Shown here: one piece after another, positions 19,596 through 29,047 of the stretch | Layout: each line of letters starts with the position of its first letter | How positions within the stretch are numbered: position 1 is the stretch's first letter | NCBI GenBank assembly: GCA_049679965.1 | Contig: JBAUGX010000118.1 | Location: 8,064 to 72,063 of the forward strand | From: Vicinamibacterales bacterium | Lineage (GTDB): Bacteria > Acidobacteriota > Vicinamibacteria > Vicinamibacterales > CAVVIG01 | Direction of reading: 5' to 3' | Length of the DNA: 64,000 bases | Notes under the pieces: generated by a model | Seen by the model: the letters and a program-made list of their open reading frames with translations, nothing else | Databases searched by the model: none | What the model was told of the DNA's origin: nothing | Translations under genes and position numbers: made by a program

Positions 19596-19632
19596 GAATC
19601 CCCAAATCCCGAATCCCAAACCCCGAATCCCA
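19596..19632. repeat. GGGATTY-type heptamer array in inverted orientation (C-rich on the + strand)
   Basis: GAATC CCCAAAT CCCGAAT CCCAAAC CCCGAAT CCCA. It forms the right inverted arm and abuts the stop codon of the PCYCGC gene. Confidence 0.9.
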
Positions 19633-19633
19633 T

Positions 19634-20230
19634 CTAATTCGCGGTGGGAGGCTCCGGTGTGTGCGTGTGGTTGGTGGACTTTGATCCCCATTCCTTGTCG
19701 ATGGCGGTCCGAATCTCGCGCACCGAGGCGCCGGCCGCGTGCATCAGCCTGGCCCGGGTCGCCACGTCAAGGCACACGGCGCATTCCATGCCGTGATCGT
19801 CCCACAGCACCACGTCGCCGTTGATATCGCGCGCTTTGACGAAACAATCTTCGTTCCCGCGGTGGCCGCTGCGCTCACAGCCGCAGAAGCACGGCACGTA
19901 GCTCAGGACCTCGGGATGCTCGGCGGCGAATCTGTAAGCCGCCGTCACGACCTCCGGCGATCGCGACATCGGATAACCGGGAAACTGCAGCGGAGGCAGA
20001 TTAGCCTGCGGATGCGGTTTCAAGCCAGTTGGAATCGGGGCGGACTGTGCGGCGTCCGCCGCTGGTGCTGGTTCCGGCTGAAGCCGGGCACTACGAACGT
20101 ACATGAAGCCGCCGCCAATCAAGGCCAGTGCCAGGACTCCGGCGACAAGCGGCATCGACGAGCCCTTCGGGGCTTGTGGGGGTTGCGTGGGCGGAGGCGT
20201 GTGGGCCTTGGCCGAAGATTTTCTACCCAT
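19634..20230 (-). CDS. membrane-anchored PCYCGC-motif protein
   Basis: N-terminal TM segment (MPLVAGVLALALIGGGFMYV) and Cys cluster VPCFCGCERSGH ... ECAVC. Confidence 0.7.
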   Translation of the reverse strand: MGRKSSAKAHTPPPTQPPQAPKGSSMPLVAGVLALALIGGGFMYVRSARLQPEPAPAADAAQSAPIPTGLKPHPQANLPPLQFPGYPMSRSPEVVTAAYRFAAEHPEVLSYVPCFCGCERSGHRGNEDCFVKARDINGDVVLWDDHGMECAVCLDVATRARLMHAAGASVREIRTAIDKEWGSKSTNHTHTPEPPTAN

Positions 20231-20307
20231 ATCTATTTGTGTGCTCCCAGGTTCTCCCGCATTTTACCCTGTCAGCCCGTTTCGGCTACAGTCAATCCCT
20301 CCAATGA

Positions 20308-21219
20308 GTGCAGTCGGTCGCCAAGACCGCGTACGGCTGGCCGGGCTTGACCACACAACATAAGGCGTATGCGGCGTGGGTTGCGGTCTGCCTGATTTGG
20401 GGCACGACGTATCTGGGTATCCGCGTCGCGCTCGATGCCATCCCGCCCTTCCTGATGGCGGCCTTCCGATGGATCGCGGGCGGAGCGGTCCTCGTCTCGA
20501 TTCTCAAGGCGCGCGGAGAAGCAATTCCAGAGATGCGATCGTGGCCCGCGCTGGCGCTCCTGGGCGTGCTGCTCATCGGATTCGGCAACGGTGGGGTCGT
20601 GTGGGCCGAACAGACGGTGCCGAGCGGCCTGACCGCCGTGCTCGCCGCGATGATTCCATTTTGGCTGGTGGGCCTCGACGCCGTCGTGGGGAGCGGTGAG
20701 AGGCCGTCACGGCGTCGGATGACTGGCCTCGCCGTCGGCTTCGTCGGCGTCGTCGTGTTGGTATGGCCGGAGCTTCGGATGGAGGGCCGGGGCCCGGGCT
20801 TCGCGGTCGGCCTGCTCGCGACTCAACTGGCGTGCCTGGGCTGGGCGACCGGCTCGACGTACGCACGGCGTCGCAGCCGCGAAGAGAATGTCCTGGCCGC
20901 CGCCGCACTCGAAATGCTCTTTGCCGGATTCCTGATGCTGGGCATTGGGCTGGCCACTCACGAATGGGCGAGACTGCGTTTTGAGCCCAGGAGCGCGGGA
21001 GCGCTCGCCTACCTCACCGTGGTCGGATCGATTGGCGCCTTTCCAGCCTACGTATACGCGCTGAAACACCTGCCGGTCGCCACCGTCTCGTTGTACGCGT
21101 ACGTCAATCCGGTCATCGCGATGGTCCTCGGAGCGCTCCTGCTCGGCGAGCCCTTCGGCGTCCGCATCGTGGCGGCCGCCGCGATCATCCTGACGGGAAT
21201 GGCACTCGTACGATCGTGA
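20308..21219 (+). CDS. EamA/DMT-family transporter
   Basis: About ten hydrophobic segments in two EamA-like halves (VCLIWGTTYLGIRVAL and AYVYALKHLPVATVSLYAYVNPVIAMVLG). Confidence 0.8.
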   Translation: MQSVAKTAYGWPGLTTQHKAYAAWVAVCLIWGTTYLGIRVALDAIPPFLMAAFRWIAGGAVLVSILKARGEAIPEMRSWPALALLGVLLIGFGNGGVVWAEQTVPSGLTAVLAAMIPFWLVGLDAVVGSGERPSRRRMTGLAVGFVGVVVLVWPELRMEGRGPGFAVGLLATQLACLGWATGSTYARRRSREENVLAAAALEMLFAGFLMLGIGLATHEWARLRFEPRSAGALAYLTVVGSIGAFPAYVYALKHLPVATVSLYAYVNPVIAMVLGALLLGEPFGVRIVAAAAIILTGMALVRS

Positions 21220-21234
21220 ATTGATGATTCACGT

Positions 21235-21684
21235 CTATGCTGCCGGCGGGCCGAGCGCGAAGGTCATCGTGCCGTCCATGACGACCTTCCCGTCAACCCG
21301 CGCGGCGCCCGTGACGACGCCCATGCGGCTGCGCAGTCTCACGACCTTTGCTTCAATCTCGACCACATCTCCCGGATGGACCGGCCTGCGGTACCTCACG
21401 CGGTCGATCCCCATGAAATAGATCAAGCGCTGCTGATTCTCCGGCTTCGCGAGAATCATGATCGCGCCCACTTGCGCCACTGCCTCGGTGAGAATCGCGG
21501 GCGGCAGGACCGGCGAGCCCGTGCCGGTGTGTGAAAGGTAATGATCGCCCAGCGACACGTTCTTGATGCCGACGATACGCTTGTCAATCTCGAGTTCGGT
21601 GACGCGGTCGACAAGCAGGAACGGATAGCGGTGCCGGAGGATCCGTTCGATCGCGGTAATGTCGAGCGGCAGCACCAAGTCCAT
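21235..21684 (-). CDS. fabZ: 3-hydroxyacyl-ACP dehydratase
   Basis: ILRHRYPFLLVDRV, GIKNVS, PVLPPAILTEAVAQ and FMGIDRVRYRRPVHPGD. Confidence 0.95.
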   Translation of the reverse strand: MDLVLPLDITAIERILRHRYPFLLVDRVTELEIDKRIVGIKNVSLGDHYLSHTGTGSPVLPPAILTEAVAQVGAIMILAKPENQQRLIYFMGIDRVRYRRPVHPGDVVEIEAKVVRLRSRMGVVTGAARVDGKVVMDGTMTFALGPPAA

Positions 21685-21708
21685 CGGGGGAAACTATACT
21701 ATCTGCGG

Positions 21709-23457
21709 ATGGCCTCTGCCACGTCAGCCGATCAGCTCACGATCCTCTTCGCGCTCGGGCGCGAAATGACGTCGGTTCTCGACCTCGACGAGCTCCTGCA
21801 GAAAATCCCGCAGCTCATCGCGCGGTTGACCCAATTCCGCGCCTTTGCGGTGTACCTGCTCGACGCGAAACGCGACGATCTGCGGATCGCGTACTCGGTC
21901 GGGTACTCCGACGAGGTCGCGCGTACGCGCCGCGTCAAGGTCGGGGAGGGTCTGGTTGGCGCAGCCGTAGCCGAGGGGCAGCCGATTCTCGTCAACGACG
22001 TCCGCAACGATCCCCGGTACGTGGAGGCGGTGCCGGGATCGGTCGCCGAGCTCGTCGTTCCGCTGCGCCGCAAGGGTCGGGTGATCGGCGCCCTCAACCT
22101 GCTCGGCGACACGCCGGGCCAGTTCACCGAGGCCGACGAAGCCATCCTCCGGCAGTTTGGCGCCTATGTGGCGGTGGCGATTGAGAACGCCAGGCTCTTC
22201 GAGCACGAACGCGAGTACACGAGCACGCTCGAAACGCTCACCGAGATTGCCCGGGAGTGTGGCGCCATCCTCAATCTTGACGAGCTGCTCCGGCGCATTG
22301 CCAGCCTCACTCGCCGCGTGATCGACTACCGGACCTTCGCCATCCTGCTCGTCGACGACGAGGCCGAGTATCTCGATGTGAAGGTCTCCGTGTCCGAGAG
22401 CGGCAAGATGCGGATCCCGCGCGTGAAAATCGGCGAGGGGCTCGTCGGCTATGCGGCGCTGCACAAGGAGCCGATCCTGGTGCCCGACGTGGCCGCCGAC
22501 CCGCGCTATCTCAAGGCCGTGGATGATACGCGGTCAGAGCTCGTGATTCCGCTCCTGGTCAAGGAGCGCTGCATCGGCGTCTTCGATCTCGAAAGCCCGG
22601 AGATCGACGCGTTCACCAGGAGCCATGTCGAGATTCTCACGCTGCTCGCGAGCCAGGCGGCTGTCGCGATCGAGAATGCGCGGCTCTACGAAACGATTCG
22701 CGCCAACGAGATCCGGTTGGAGAGGGAGCTTCGGTTCGCCGAGCGCGTGCAGGCGGCGTTTCTCCCTGAGTTACCCACGCGGCTGAAGGGCGTCGACGTG
22801 GCGGCTCGGCTGGCGCCGGCCCGCGAACTCGGGGGCGACCTCTACGACTTTCTCACGCCTGAACCTCACTGCCTGGTCGTGGCCGTTGGAGACGTCTCTG
22901 GCAAGGGCGTGGCGGCCGCGTTGTACGGCGCCTTCGCGGGCGAACTCGTGCGATCGCGCACCTTCCGCCGCCGCTACACGCCCGAGCGAGTCACGCCCGC
23001 GGGCGTGCTGGCCTCGACCAACACAATCCTGCACGAGCGGCAGCTCGAGGAGTATTACTGCACGCTCGGTTACGCGGTGTTCGACTTCAAGCGTCGCACG
23101 GTCACGATGGCCAATGCCGGCTTGCCCTACCCCATTCGGTCGAGCGGCGGCGAGCTGTCGCACGTGCAGCTGCCGGGTGTTCCCCTGGGCGTGTTCGCCG
23201 GTTCGACCTACGACGAAGCGGTGTTCTCACTCGCACCCGGCGATGTCTTTGTCTTTTGCACCGATGGCGTGTCAGACGCGACCAACGCACTGCATGCCGA
23301 GTTTGGCGTTGAACGCGTGTTGAAGGTGGTCGAAGCGACGGCAGGGAAGTCGGCGCAGGAGCTGGTGGATGGAATCTTCTCGGCCGTGCAGCAGTTTCGC
23401 GGTGACACGGCGCCGAACGACGACATGACGGCGGTGGTGATAAAGATTACGGGCTAA
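21709..23457 (+). CDS. GAF-GAF-PP2C (SpoIIE-type) serine phosphatase
   Basis: From the ATG at 21709 there are two GAF repeats (GEGLVGAAV ... LVVPL and GEGLVGYAA ... LVIPL). The phosphatase region contains ELGGDLYDF, VAVGDVSGKG and NDDMTAVVIK. Confidence 0.85.
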   Translation: MASATSADQLTILFALGREMTSVLDLDELLQKIPQLIARLTQFRAFAVYLLDAKRDDLRIAYSVGYSDEVARTRRVKVGEGLVGAAVAEGQPILVNDVRNDPRYVEAVPGSVAELVVPLRRKGRVIGALNLLGDTPGQFTEADEAILRQFGAYVAVAIENARLFEHEREYTSTLETLTEIARECGAILNLDELLRRIASLTRRVIDYRTFAILLVDDEAEYLDVKVSVSESGKMRIPRVKIGEGLVGYAALHKEPILVPDVAADPRYLKAVDDTRSELVIPLLVKERCIGVFDLESPEIDAFTRSHVEILTLLASQAAVAIENARLYETIRANEIRLERELRFAERVQAAFLPELPTRLKGVDVAARLAPARELGGDLYDFLTPEPHCLVVAVGDVSGKGVAAALYGAFAGELVRSRTFRRRYTPERVTPAGVLASTNTILHERQLEEYYCTLGYAVFDFKRRTVTMANAGLPYPIRSSGGELSHVQLPGVPLGVFAGSTYDEAVFSLAPGDVFVFCTDGVSDATNALHAEFGVERVLKVVEATAGKSAQELVDGIFSAVQQFRGDTAPNDDMTAVVIKITG

Positions 23458-24644
23458 GCCGTCTTATCTCGAGCGACGGCCTCTGGAGGCGATGCCGTGA
23501 GGATCCCCGCCAGCTGCGCCGCCAGGATCGCCGCAAAAGCCTGTACGCTCTCTGAGCCCTCCCCGCCGCTACGGATTTCGGCTGAAAACGCTCCAATACA
23601 TCCGTCCGCTGACAGAATCGGTGCGACGATGGCGCCCGCGATTGAATTGGCGCGAGACCGCACAATCTGCAGCTCACCGGTGCGGTACGCGGCGGCGGCT
23701 GCATTGTCGGACGATCGCGCGACCGGCGGCATTCGCGCCAGGCCCTGCTGACTGTATCCGTGCGCCAGGACGGGCTGGAGGTCCGCGCCAGCCGCGCTGC
23801 CGAGCCAGACGACCAGCCCCGTCGCATCCATCGCGTCGGCTCCGCGTACCAGAAGCCTGCTCACGTCGTCGAGGTCGCGCACGCGTCCGAAGTCGGTGCA
23901 GAGCCGCACGGCGGCACTCAAGACCGGCGACGCTGCGTGCACCGTCGGCGCGCGAGTCCCGCGCGTCAGTGCGCTGATCCCTGGCGTCAACTCGGACTCT
24001 CGCGTTCGGACGTCGGGGAGCAGGGCCGGTTCGGCATCGCGTTTGGAACCCGTGGCTCCTGTCAGTCCAAGCAGCAGAATGACCAGTGCGGCGACGACCC
24101 CACAGGCGGCCAGCGCCAGGGCCTGCCGCCCTCGCAGTGTCATGTAGGTGGCGTCAAACGCCTGGAACTCTGCGACGCGTGCGGCCTCCACCTGCTGACT
24201 CGCTGTCGCCACGGTGCGTTGGCCCTCCGCGAAGATGACGTCGCCGGCCATGAACGGTTGATCCGACGCGAGAAACTCGCGCGCGCGTTTGTCGATGGCG
24301 CTGAACGCTGACAACGCCGTGGCGGCATCGTCGAGCGCGGAGCGCCCGCCGACGCTCGTGGCCGACTGTCGCAGCGACGCAATTGTTCTTGCTGCGGCGT
24401 CCAGCGACTGTGCGACCTTCGGCATCCAGGCCCCGACGCCCTGGCCGACGGCCACGTACGCCTGTTCGGCACCACGGAGATCGGAGAGCTCGTCGCTGGC
24501 TTCGCGCGCGTGCAGGTCAAAGGTCCGCACGGCTGCGCGATGCGCCGCGATCTGCCGTTCGGAACTGATGGTGAAGAACGCGCCCGCCGCGAACGCGATC
24601 CCAGCCGCCGCGGCCGCTGCCAGTCTCGCTGTTGGAGATCGCAT
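23454..24644 (-). CDS. membrane protein with an extracytoplasmic region and a C-terminal GAF-like domain
   Basis: Two hydrophobic segments (residues about 8-25 and about 175-195). The C-terminal segment LVVWLG ... AGAIVAPILSADGCIGAFSAEI is GAF-like. Confidence 0.6.
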   Translation of the reverse strand: MRSPTARLAAAAAAGIAFAAGAFFTISSERQIAAHRAAVRTFDLHAREASDELSDLRGAEQAYVAVGQGVGAWMPKVAQSLDAAARTIASLRQSATSVGGRSALDDAATALSAFSAIDKRAREFLASDQPFMAGDVIFAEGQRTVATASQQVEAARVAEFQAFDATYMTLRGRQALALAACGVVAALVILLLGLTGATGSKRDAEPALLPDVRTRESELTPGISALTRGTRAPTVHAASPVLSAAVRLCTDFGRVRDLDDVSRLLVRGADAMDATGLVVWLGSAAGADLQPVLAHGYSQQGLARMPPVARSSDNAAAAAYRTGELQIVRSRANSIAGAIVAPILSADGCIGAFSAEIRSGGEGSESVQAFAAILAAQLAGILTASPPEAVARDKTA

Positions 24645-24696
24645 CGACGGTCAGAGTACCACAGGGGTTCTGGAGGTACCAGAGCCCCTCAGCCCG

Positions 24697-26445
24697 CTAC
24701 GGTTTTGGTCGAAGGATGATGTAGGTCGGCAATCCGATCGCGTCGAAGTGCTGCATGACGGCTTTGGCGGGTTGGCGATCCGGGTCCTCGGCTTGAAACT
24801 TGATCTTCACGTAGCCATCGAGTGCTGCCATCACCGCCGAATCCTTCAACGTCGTTTTGTCCATGGTGAGACAGTTCTTGCACCACGTCGCCCACATGTC
24901 GATGAGCACTGGCTTCTGCTCGCGCGTCGCCGTCGCGAGGCCCTCGGCGAGCGAAGGGTGCCACCCGGCCGACAGCTTCTCCTGCACGCTCGCGCTGACC
25001 TCGGAGGCATCGACCCAGCGGTCCGCGAAGAGGCCGTACGCGACGTAGCCGTAGTAGACGGCCGTCGCGAGAATGACGATACCCATGACCTGCTTGACCC
25101 GGACCATCCAGGCGCCGGGCTTGGGCAGCGAGGCGAGGCCGGCGCCCGCAAGAGGCCAGGGCACGGCCATCCCGACGCCCAGGAGGAACGGCAGGCCGAG
25201 TGCGATCGTCGTGCCGGTCGCATAGAGGTTGCTTGAGAACAGCACGACCTGGATCACGACCGGCGCGACACAGGCGCCCGCGAGGAGCGCGGCCACCGCA
25301 CCCATGCTGAAGGCGAGCAGGAACGGACCGCGGCCGCTCGGCCCGGCACCGACGCCGGCCGAGAACCGGGAAAAGTCGATCGCGATCACGTCGAACATCG
25401 CCAGCGCGAGAGCCACGAAGAGCACGGCAATGCCGAGATTGAACCAAGGCGAGGCGTTGATCGTGCCGAAGGTGCCGGCCGTCAGGATCACCACGAGCCC
25501 GAGAACGCCGTAGACCAATGCCATGGCGGCGCCGTAGACGCCGCCGAGCAGGAACCCACGGCTGCGCGATCCCGCCTGGGTGCCGGCGCCGATGATCGCG
25601 AGGTTGATGGGGATCATCGGAAGCACGCACGGGGTCAGGTTGAGGGCCAGACCGCCGAGGAAGACGAGGAGCAAGATGGCAAGAAGGCCGCGGCCTTCGA
25701 AAAGGCCCGGTTCCCTCACGCCGTTCTCCGCATTGCGGATGAAGGTTAGAAAATCGCTGGTGCCGAGGTAGCCGCCCGTCGTGCCGAGGACGGTGAATGC
25801 GTTGAGCGCCGCGAGCTCGGCGGCAGCGTCTGTTCCTGGTCCCGACACGATGCGCGGCGCGGTGGACACGGCAGCACGGGCGGGCGCTTCGCCCCGGCCG
25901 AAGGCGATGCGATCGAGCACGTCGACCTCGCCCTGCTTCCGTGCCGCAGTCGACCCGGCAGGGATCACGTGGACGGTCCACTGCACGTTCGCCGTCTTTG
26001 GCGCGAAGCACGCGACGTCGTTGCATGCCTGATAGCGCAGGTGGCCCGGGACGACGATCTCGCCGGTTGCGACCGTCGAAGCGATGGCGAAGCGGACGCC
26101 AATCGAGAAGTCTCGTTCGAAAACGGCGAGTGCCTCGTCAATACCGGCCACCTTCACATCGATGGGCGCCGGAAAGACGACTTCGGCGACCGAGACGCCG
26201 GCCGGTGGATCGAAGGTCAGCTCGGTCGGGATAAGGGAGGGATCGCGCGGCTTGTTCGACTGGACGTGGAAGCCGTCCGGGAGCGCGACGGTGACCGCGG
26301 CCCGCAGCGTTCCACCGGCGGCGACCTCACCCTCGACGATGGGTGTGACGGCGGCTACCGGAGCGCGCAACTGCGCGCTGGCCGCCGCCGTCGCGAGGAG
26401 CAGAACGCCCGCGACCGATAGAGGAACGCGAAACCTGATCGTCAC
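24697..26445 (-). CDS. dsbD: thiol:disulfide interchange protein DsbD (protein-disulfide reductase)
   Basis: Signal peptide, N-terminal Ig-like domain, a central multi-TM region with LTPCVLPMIP, and a C-terminal thioredoxin fold with WATWCKNC. Confidence 0.9.
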   Translation of the reverse strand: MTIRFRVPLSVAGVLLLATAAASAQLRAPVAAVTPIVEGEVAAGGTLRAAVTVALPDGFHVQSNKPRDPSLIPTELTFDPPAGVSVAEVVFPAPIDVKVAGIDEALAVFERDFSIGVRFAIASTVATGEIVVPGHLRYQACNDVACFAPKTANVQWTVHVIPAGSTAARKQGEVDVLDRIAFGRGEAPARAAVSTAPRIVSGPGTDAAAELAALNAFTVLGTTGGYLGTSDFLTFIRNAENGVREPGLFEGRGLLAILLLVFLGGLALNLTPCVLPMIPINLAIIGAGTQAGSRSRGFLLGGVYGAAMALVYGVLGLVVILTAGTFGTINASPWFNLGIAVLFVALALAMFDVIAIDFSRFSAGVGAGPSGRGPFLLAFSMGAVAALLAGACVAPVVIQVVLFSSNLYATGTTIALGLPFLLGVGMAVPWPLAGAGLASLPKPGAWMVRVKQVMGIVILATAVYYGYVAYGLFADRWVDASEVSASVQEKLSAGWHPSLAEGLATATREQKPVLIDMWATWCKNCLTMDKTTLKDSAVMAALDGYVKIKFQAEDPDRQPAKAVMQHFDAIGLPTYIILRPKP

Positions 26446-26479
26446 TGCCTTAAGACGGGATCATACCAGCCCCAGGTTC

Positions 26480-27661
26480 TCAGATAATGCCGAGTTCGCT
26501 GCCGACCTTCTTGAACACGTCGAGGGCGAACTGCAGATCGGCGCGCGTGTGAGTGGCCGTCACGATCGTGCGAACGCGCGCTCTGCTGTGGGCCACCGTC
26601 GGGAACCCAATCCCCTGCGCGAAGACGCCTTCGGCAAACAGGCGATCCGACAACTTCATGGCCAAGGCACCGTGCCCTACGATGACCGGCGTGATCGGGC
26701 TCTCGCTCAGGCCGGTATTGAAGCCAAGCGCCGTCAGGCCGGCCTTGAAGAACCGGGTGTTCTCCCACAGCCGATCGACGATCTGCGGCTCTCCCTCGAG
26801 CACGTCGAGCGCTGCGATGCACGCAGCGGCCACGGCCGGCGGATGTGACGTCGAGAAGAGAAATGGCCGTGCCCTGTGGTGGAGAAACTCGACCAGCGCG
26901 CGGCTGCCGGCGACGTATCCCCCGAGCACGCCGATGGCCTTCGACAGCGTGCCGACCTGGATGTCGACCCGGCCGTGGAGGCCGAAATGGTCGATCGTCC
27001 CTCGACCCTGTTGCCCGAACACGCCGCTCGCATGCGCGTCGTCGACCATCATGATGGCGCCGAACGCTTCGGCGAGCGCGCACAGATCGGGCAACGCGCC
27101 GAGGTCGCCATCCATGCTGAACACGCCATCGGTGATGAGGAGCGTGCGTCCGTTCGCCGGAAGGCCGGCGAGAATCTTCCGCGCGGCAGCGACGTCTTTG
27201 TGCGCGAACACCTTGATGGTCGCTCGGCTCAGCCGGCAGCCGTCGATGATACTCGCGTGATTCAGCTCGTCGGAGACGACGATATCGTCCTTGGTGAGCA
27301 CCGCGGCGACCGTCCCGGCGTTGGCCGCGAATCCGCTCTGGAACACGACGGCGGCTTCGGTCTTCTTGAACGCCGCCAGCCGCCGCTCGAGCTCCATATG
27401 AATGGCCATCGTGCCGGCAATCGTGCGAACCGATCCTGAACCCACGCCGAACTGACGCGTCGCCTCCAGTGCCCGCTCGCGCAGTGTTGGGTGGGTGGTC
27501 AGGCCGAGGTAGTTGTTCGACGACAAGTTGACGACCTGGCGGTCGTCGAAGATCGCCCGTGGCCGCTGCTCACCCTGAAGGACGCGCAGGGGCCGATAGA
27601 GCCCCTGCGCCTTGAGCGTGTCGAGCTCGGTCGAGAGATATGCGAGTGGGTCTTGGCGCAT
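26480..27661 (-). CDS. kbl: glycine C-acetyltransferase / alpha-oxoamine synthase family (PLP)
   Basis: From the ATG at 27661: MRQDPLAYLSTELDTLKAQGLYRPLRVL ... NLSSNNYLGL ... DDAHASG ... GTLSKA (PLP Lys). The upstream part of the 527-aa track ORF overlaps the aminotransferase gene and is an artefact. Confidence 0.8.
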   Translation of the reverse strand: MRQDPLAYLSTELDTLKAQGLYRPLRVLQGEQRPRAIFDDRQVVNLSSNNYLGLTTHPTLRERALEATRQFGVGSGSVRTIAGTMAIHMELERRLAAFKKTEAAVVFQSGFAANAGTVAAVLTKDDIVVSDELNHASIIDGCRLSRATIKVFAHKDVAAARKILAGLPANGRTLLITDGVFSMDGDLGALPDLCALAEAFGAIMMVDDAHASGVFGQQGRGTIDHFGLHGRVDIQVGTLSKAIGVLGGYVAGSRALVEFLHHRARPFLFSTSHPPAVAAACIAALDVLEGEPQIVDRLWENTRFFKAGLTALGFNTGLSESPITPVIVGHGALAMKLSDRLFAEGVFAQGIGFPTVAHSRARVRTIVTATHTRADLQFALDVFKKVGSELGII

Positions 27662-27681
27662 GACTGCCGACTGACCGCCGA

Positions 27682-28902
27682 CTATCGTGCCAAGTACTCC
27701 GCCGTGAATTTCGCGACAAGGTCGTAAACCTCGCCGAGCTCCTCGAGAGGGGCGAGATACACGATGCGCAGATATCCGTCCTGGGGCGCTGTGCCGAATC
27801 CCGAGCCATAGACGGTCAGCACGCCGGTGGCGCGCAGCAGCGCGAGGACGTAGTCTTCGTCGGTACGACCCGGCGGCAGCGAGACGCGCGGCATCGCGTA
27901 GAAGGCCGCAGTCGGCGCAACGCAAGTGACGCCGGGCATGGCGTTCAACCGATCGACGGTCAACGCGGCGCGCGCCTTGAGCGCCGCGCGGAACGATACC
28001 TGATGGGATCGATCGCCGGTGAGCGCCGCAGCGACGGCGTACTGCATCGGCAGCGTGCTGCACAGCCGACCGTCGGCGAGCTTCGCAACCGCCTTCACGA
28101 AATCATTCAAGCGTGGCGAGCGGCCGATGGCCATCCAGCCAGTCCGCCAGCCCGGCGCGAGATACGCCTTCGACAGGCTGGAAAACGACACGATCGGGGC
28201 ATCCGGATCCAGGCTGCCGAGTGGTGCGACCGGGCCGTCGAATCCGATGTCACCGTAGACCTCGTCGGCGATGATGGGGAGCCCGTGGCGATCCGCGAAC
28301 TCGAGCAGCGCACGTCGCGTCGCGACCGAGTAGGTCGCGCCCGTCGGATTATTCGGGTCGATGACGACGAGCGCCCGCGTGGCCGGGGTCACGATGCTCC
28401 GGAGGTGATCGAGATCCGGCGCCCAGCCCTGACGAGGGTCGGTTCGATAGTACAGAGCGCGGGCGCCCAATCGGGCGATCACTGCTGTGTAAAGAGGATA
28501 GGTCGGCATCGGGACGAGTACGTCGCTGCCTTCGTCGGCCAGCGCCGCGAGCGCGAGATCGATGCCTTCAGACGTGCCGGCCGTCAGGAACACGCGGTCT
28601 GCCGAAACCGGAAACCCGGCCTTGGTGTACTCGGCGGCCACCGCTTCGCGCCCGGCCTCGATACCGGGCGATGGCCCGTAGCCGTTGTGCCCATCCCGCA
28701 AGGCGCGCTCGACGGCGGCGATGAGATGCGGCGGCGTCTTGAATCCGAAGGCGACCGGATCCCCGATGTTCAGATAGCGTACGCGAAGGCCTCCAGCCTC
28801 GACCTGTTTGGCCTCGCCGACGATGTTGCGGATCGCATATGTGAAGCGACTGACGCGCGCTGCGACAGGAATCACCGGAAAGGAAGCCTTCAACGCAGCC
28901 AC
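27682..28902 (-). CDS. class I/II PLP-dependent aminotransferase (alanine-aminotransferase-like)
   Basis: NIGDP, YGPSPG, VVIDPNNPTGA, and SFSSLSKAYLAPGWRTGW (PLP Lys). Confidence 0.85.
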   Translation of the reverse strand: MAALKASFPVIPVAARVSRFTYAIRNIVGEAKQVEAGGLRVRYLNIGDPVAFGFKTPPHLIAAVERALRDGHNGYGPSPGIEAGREAVAAEYTKAGFPVSADRVFLTAGTSEGIDLALAALADEGSDVLVPMPTYPLYTAVIARLGARALYYRTDPRQGWAPDLDHLRSIVTPATRALVVIDPNNPTGATYSVATRRALLEFADRHGLPIIADEVYGDIGFDGPVAPLGSLDPDAPIVSFSSLSKAYLAPGWRTGWMAIGRSPRLNDFVKAVAKLADGRLCSTLPMQYAVAAALTGDRSHQVSFRAALKARAALTVDRLNAMPGVTCVAPTAAFYAMPRVSLPPGRTDEDYVLALLRATGVLTVYGSGFGTAPQDGYLRIVYLAPLEELGEVYDLVAKFTAEYLAR

Positions 28903-28914
28903 CTCGGAATCTTA

Positions 28915-28950
28915 CCGCGACTGCCGACTGCCGACTGCTGACTGCTGACT
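28915..28950. repeat. 7-bp tandem array CTGCCGA CTGCCGA CTGCTGA CTGCTGA
   Basis: Read directly from the divergent gap between the aminotransferase and VWA genes. A degenerate relative (GACTGCC GACTGAC CGCCGAC) lies at 27662-27684 between the aminotransferase and kbl. Confidence 0.9.
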
Positions 28951-29047
28951 CCTCCTCACCGTGTCATTCCTGCATCGACCGTGTGGGACTCACATGTTTG
29001 CGCGCTGTACAATCCCCCTAAATCATTGGTAGCATAGGACCATATAC

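Noticed and set aside
24689-26026. 445-aa and other long Arg-rich ORFs overlapping dsbD, copA (48349..49962), acd (58510..60069), the bEBP genes and others
   Set aside because: They have the typical alternative-frame or antisense ORF composition of high-GC DNA (Arg/Gly/Pro-rich with no motifs). Each overlaps a gene with clear family signatures.
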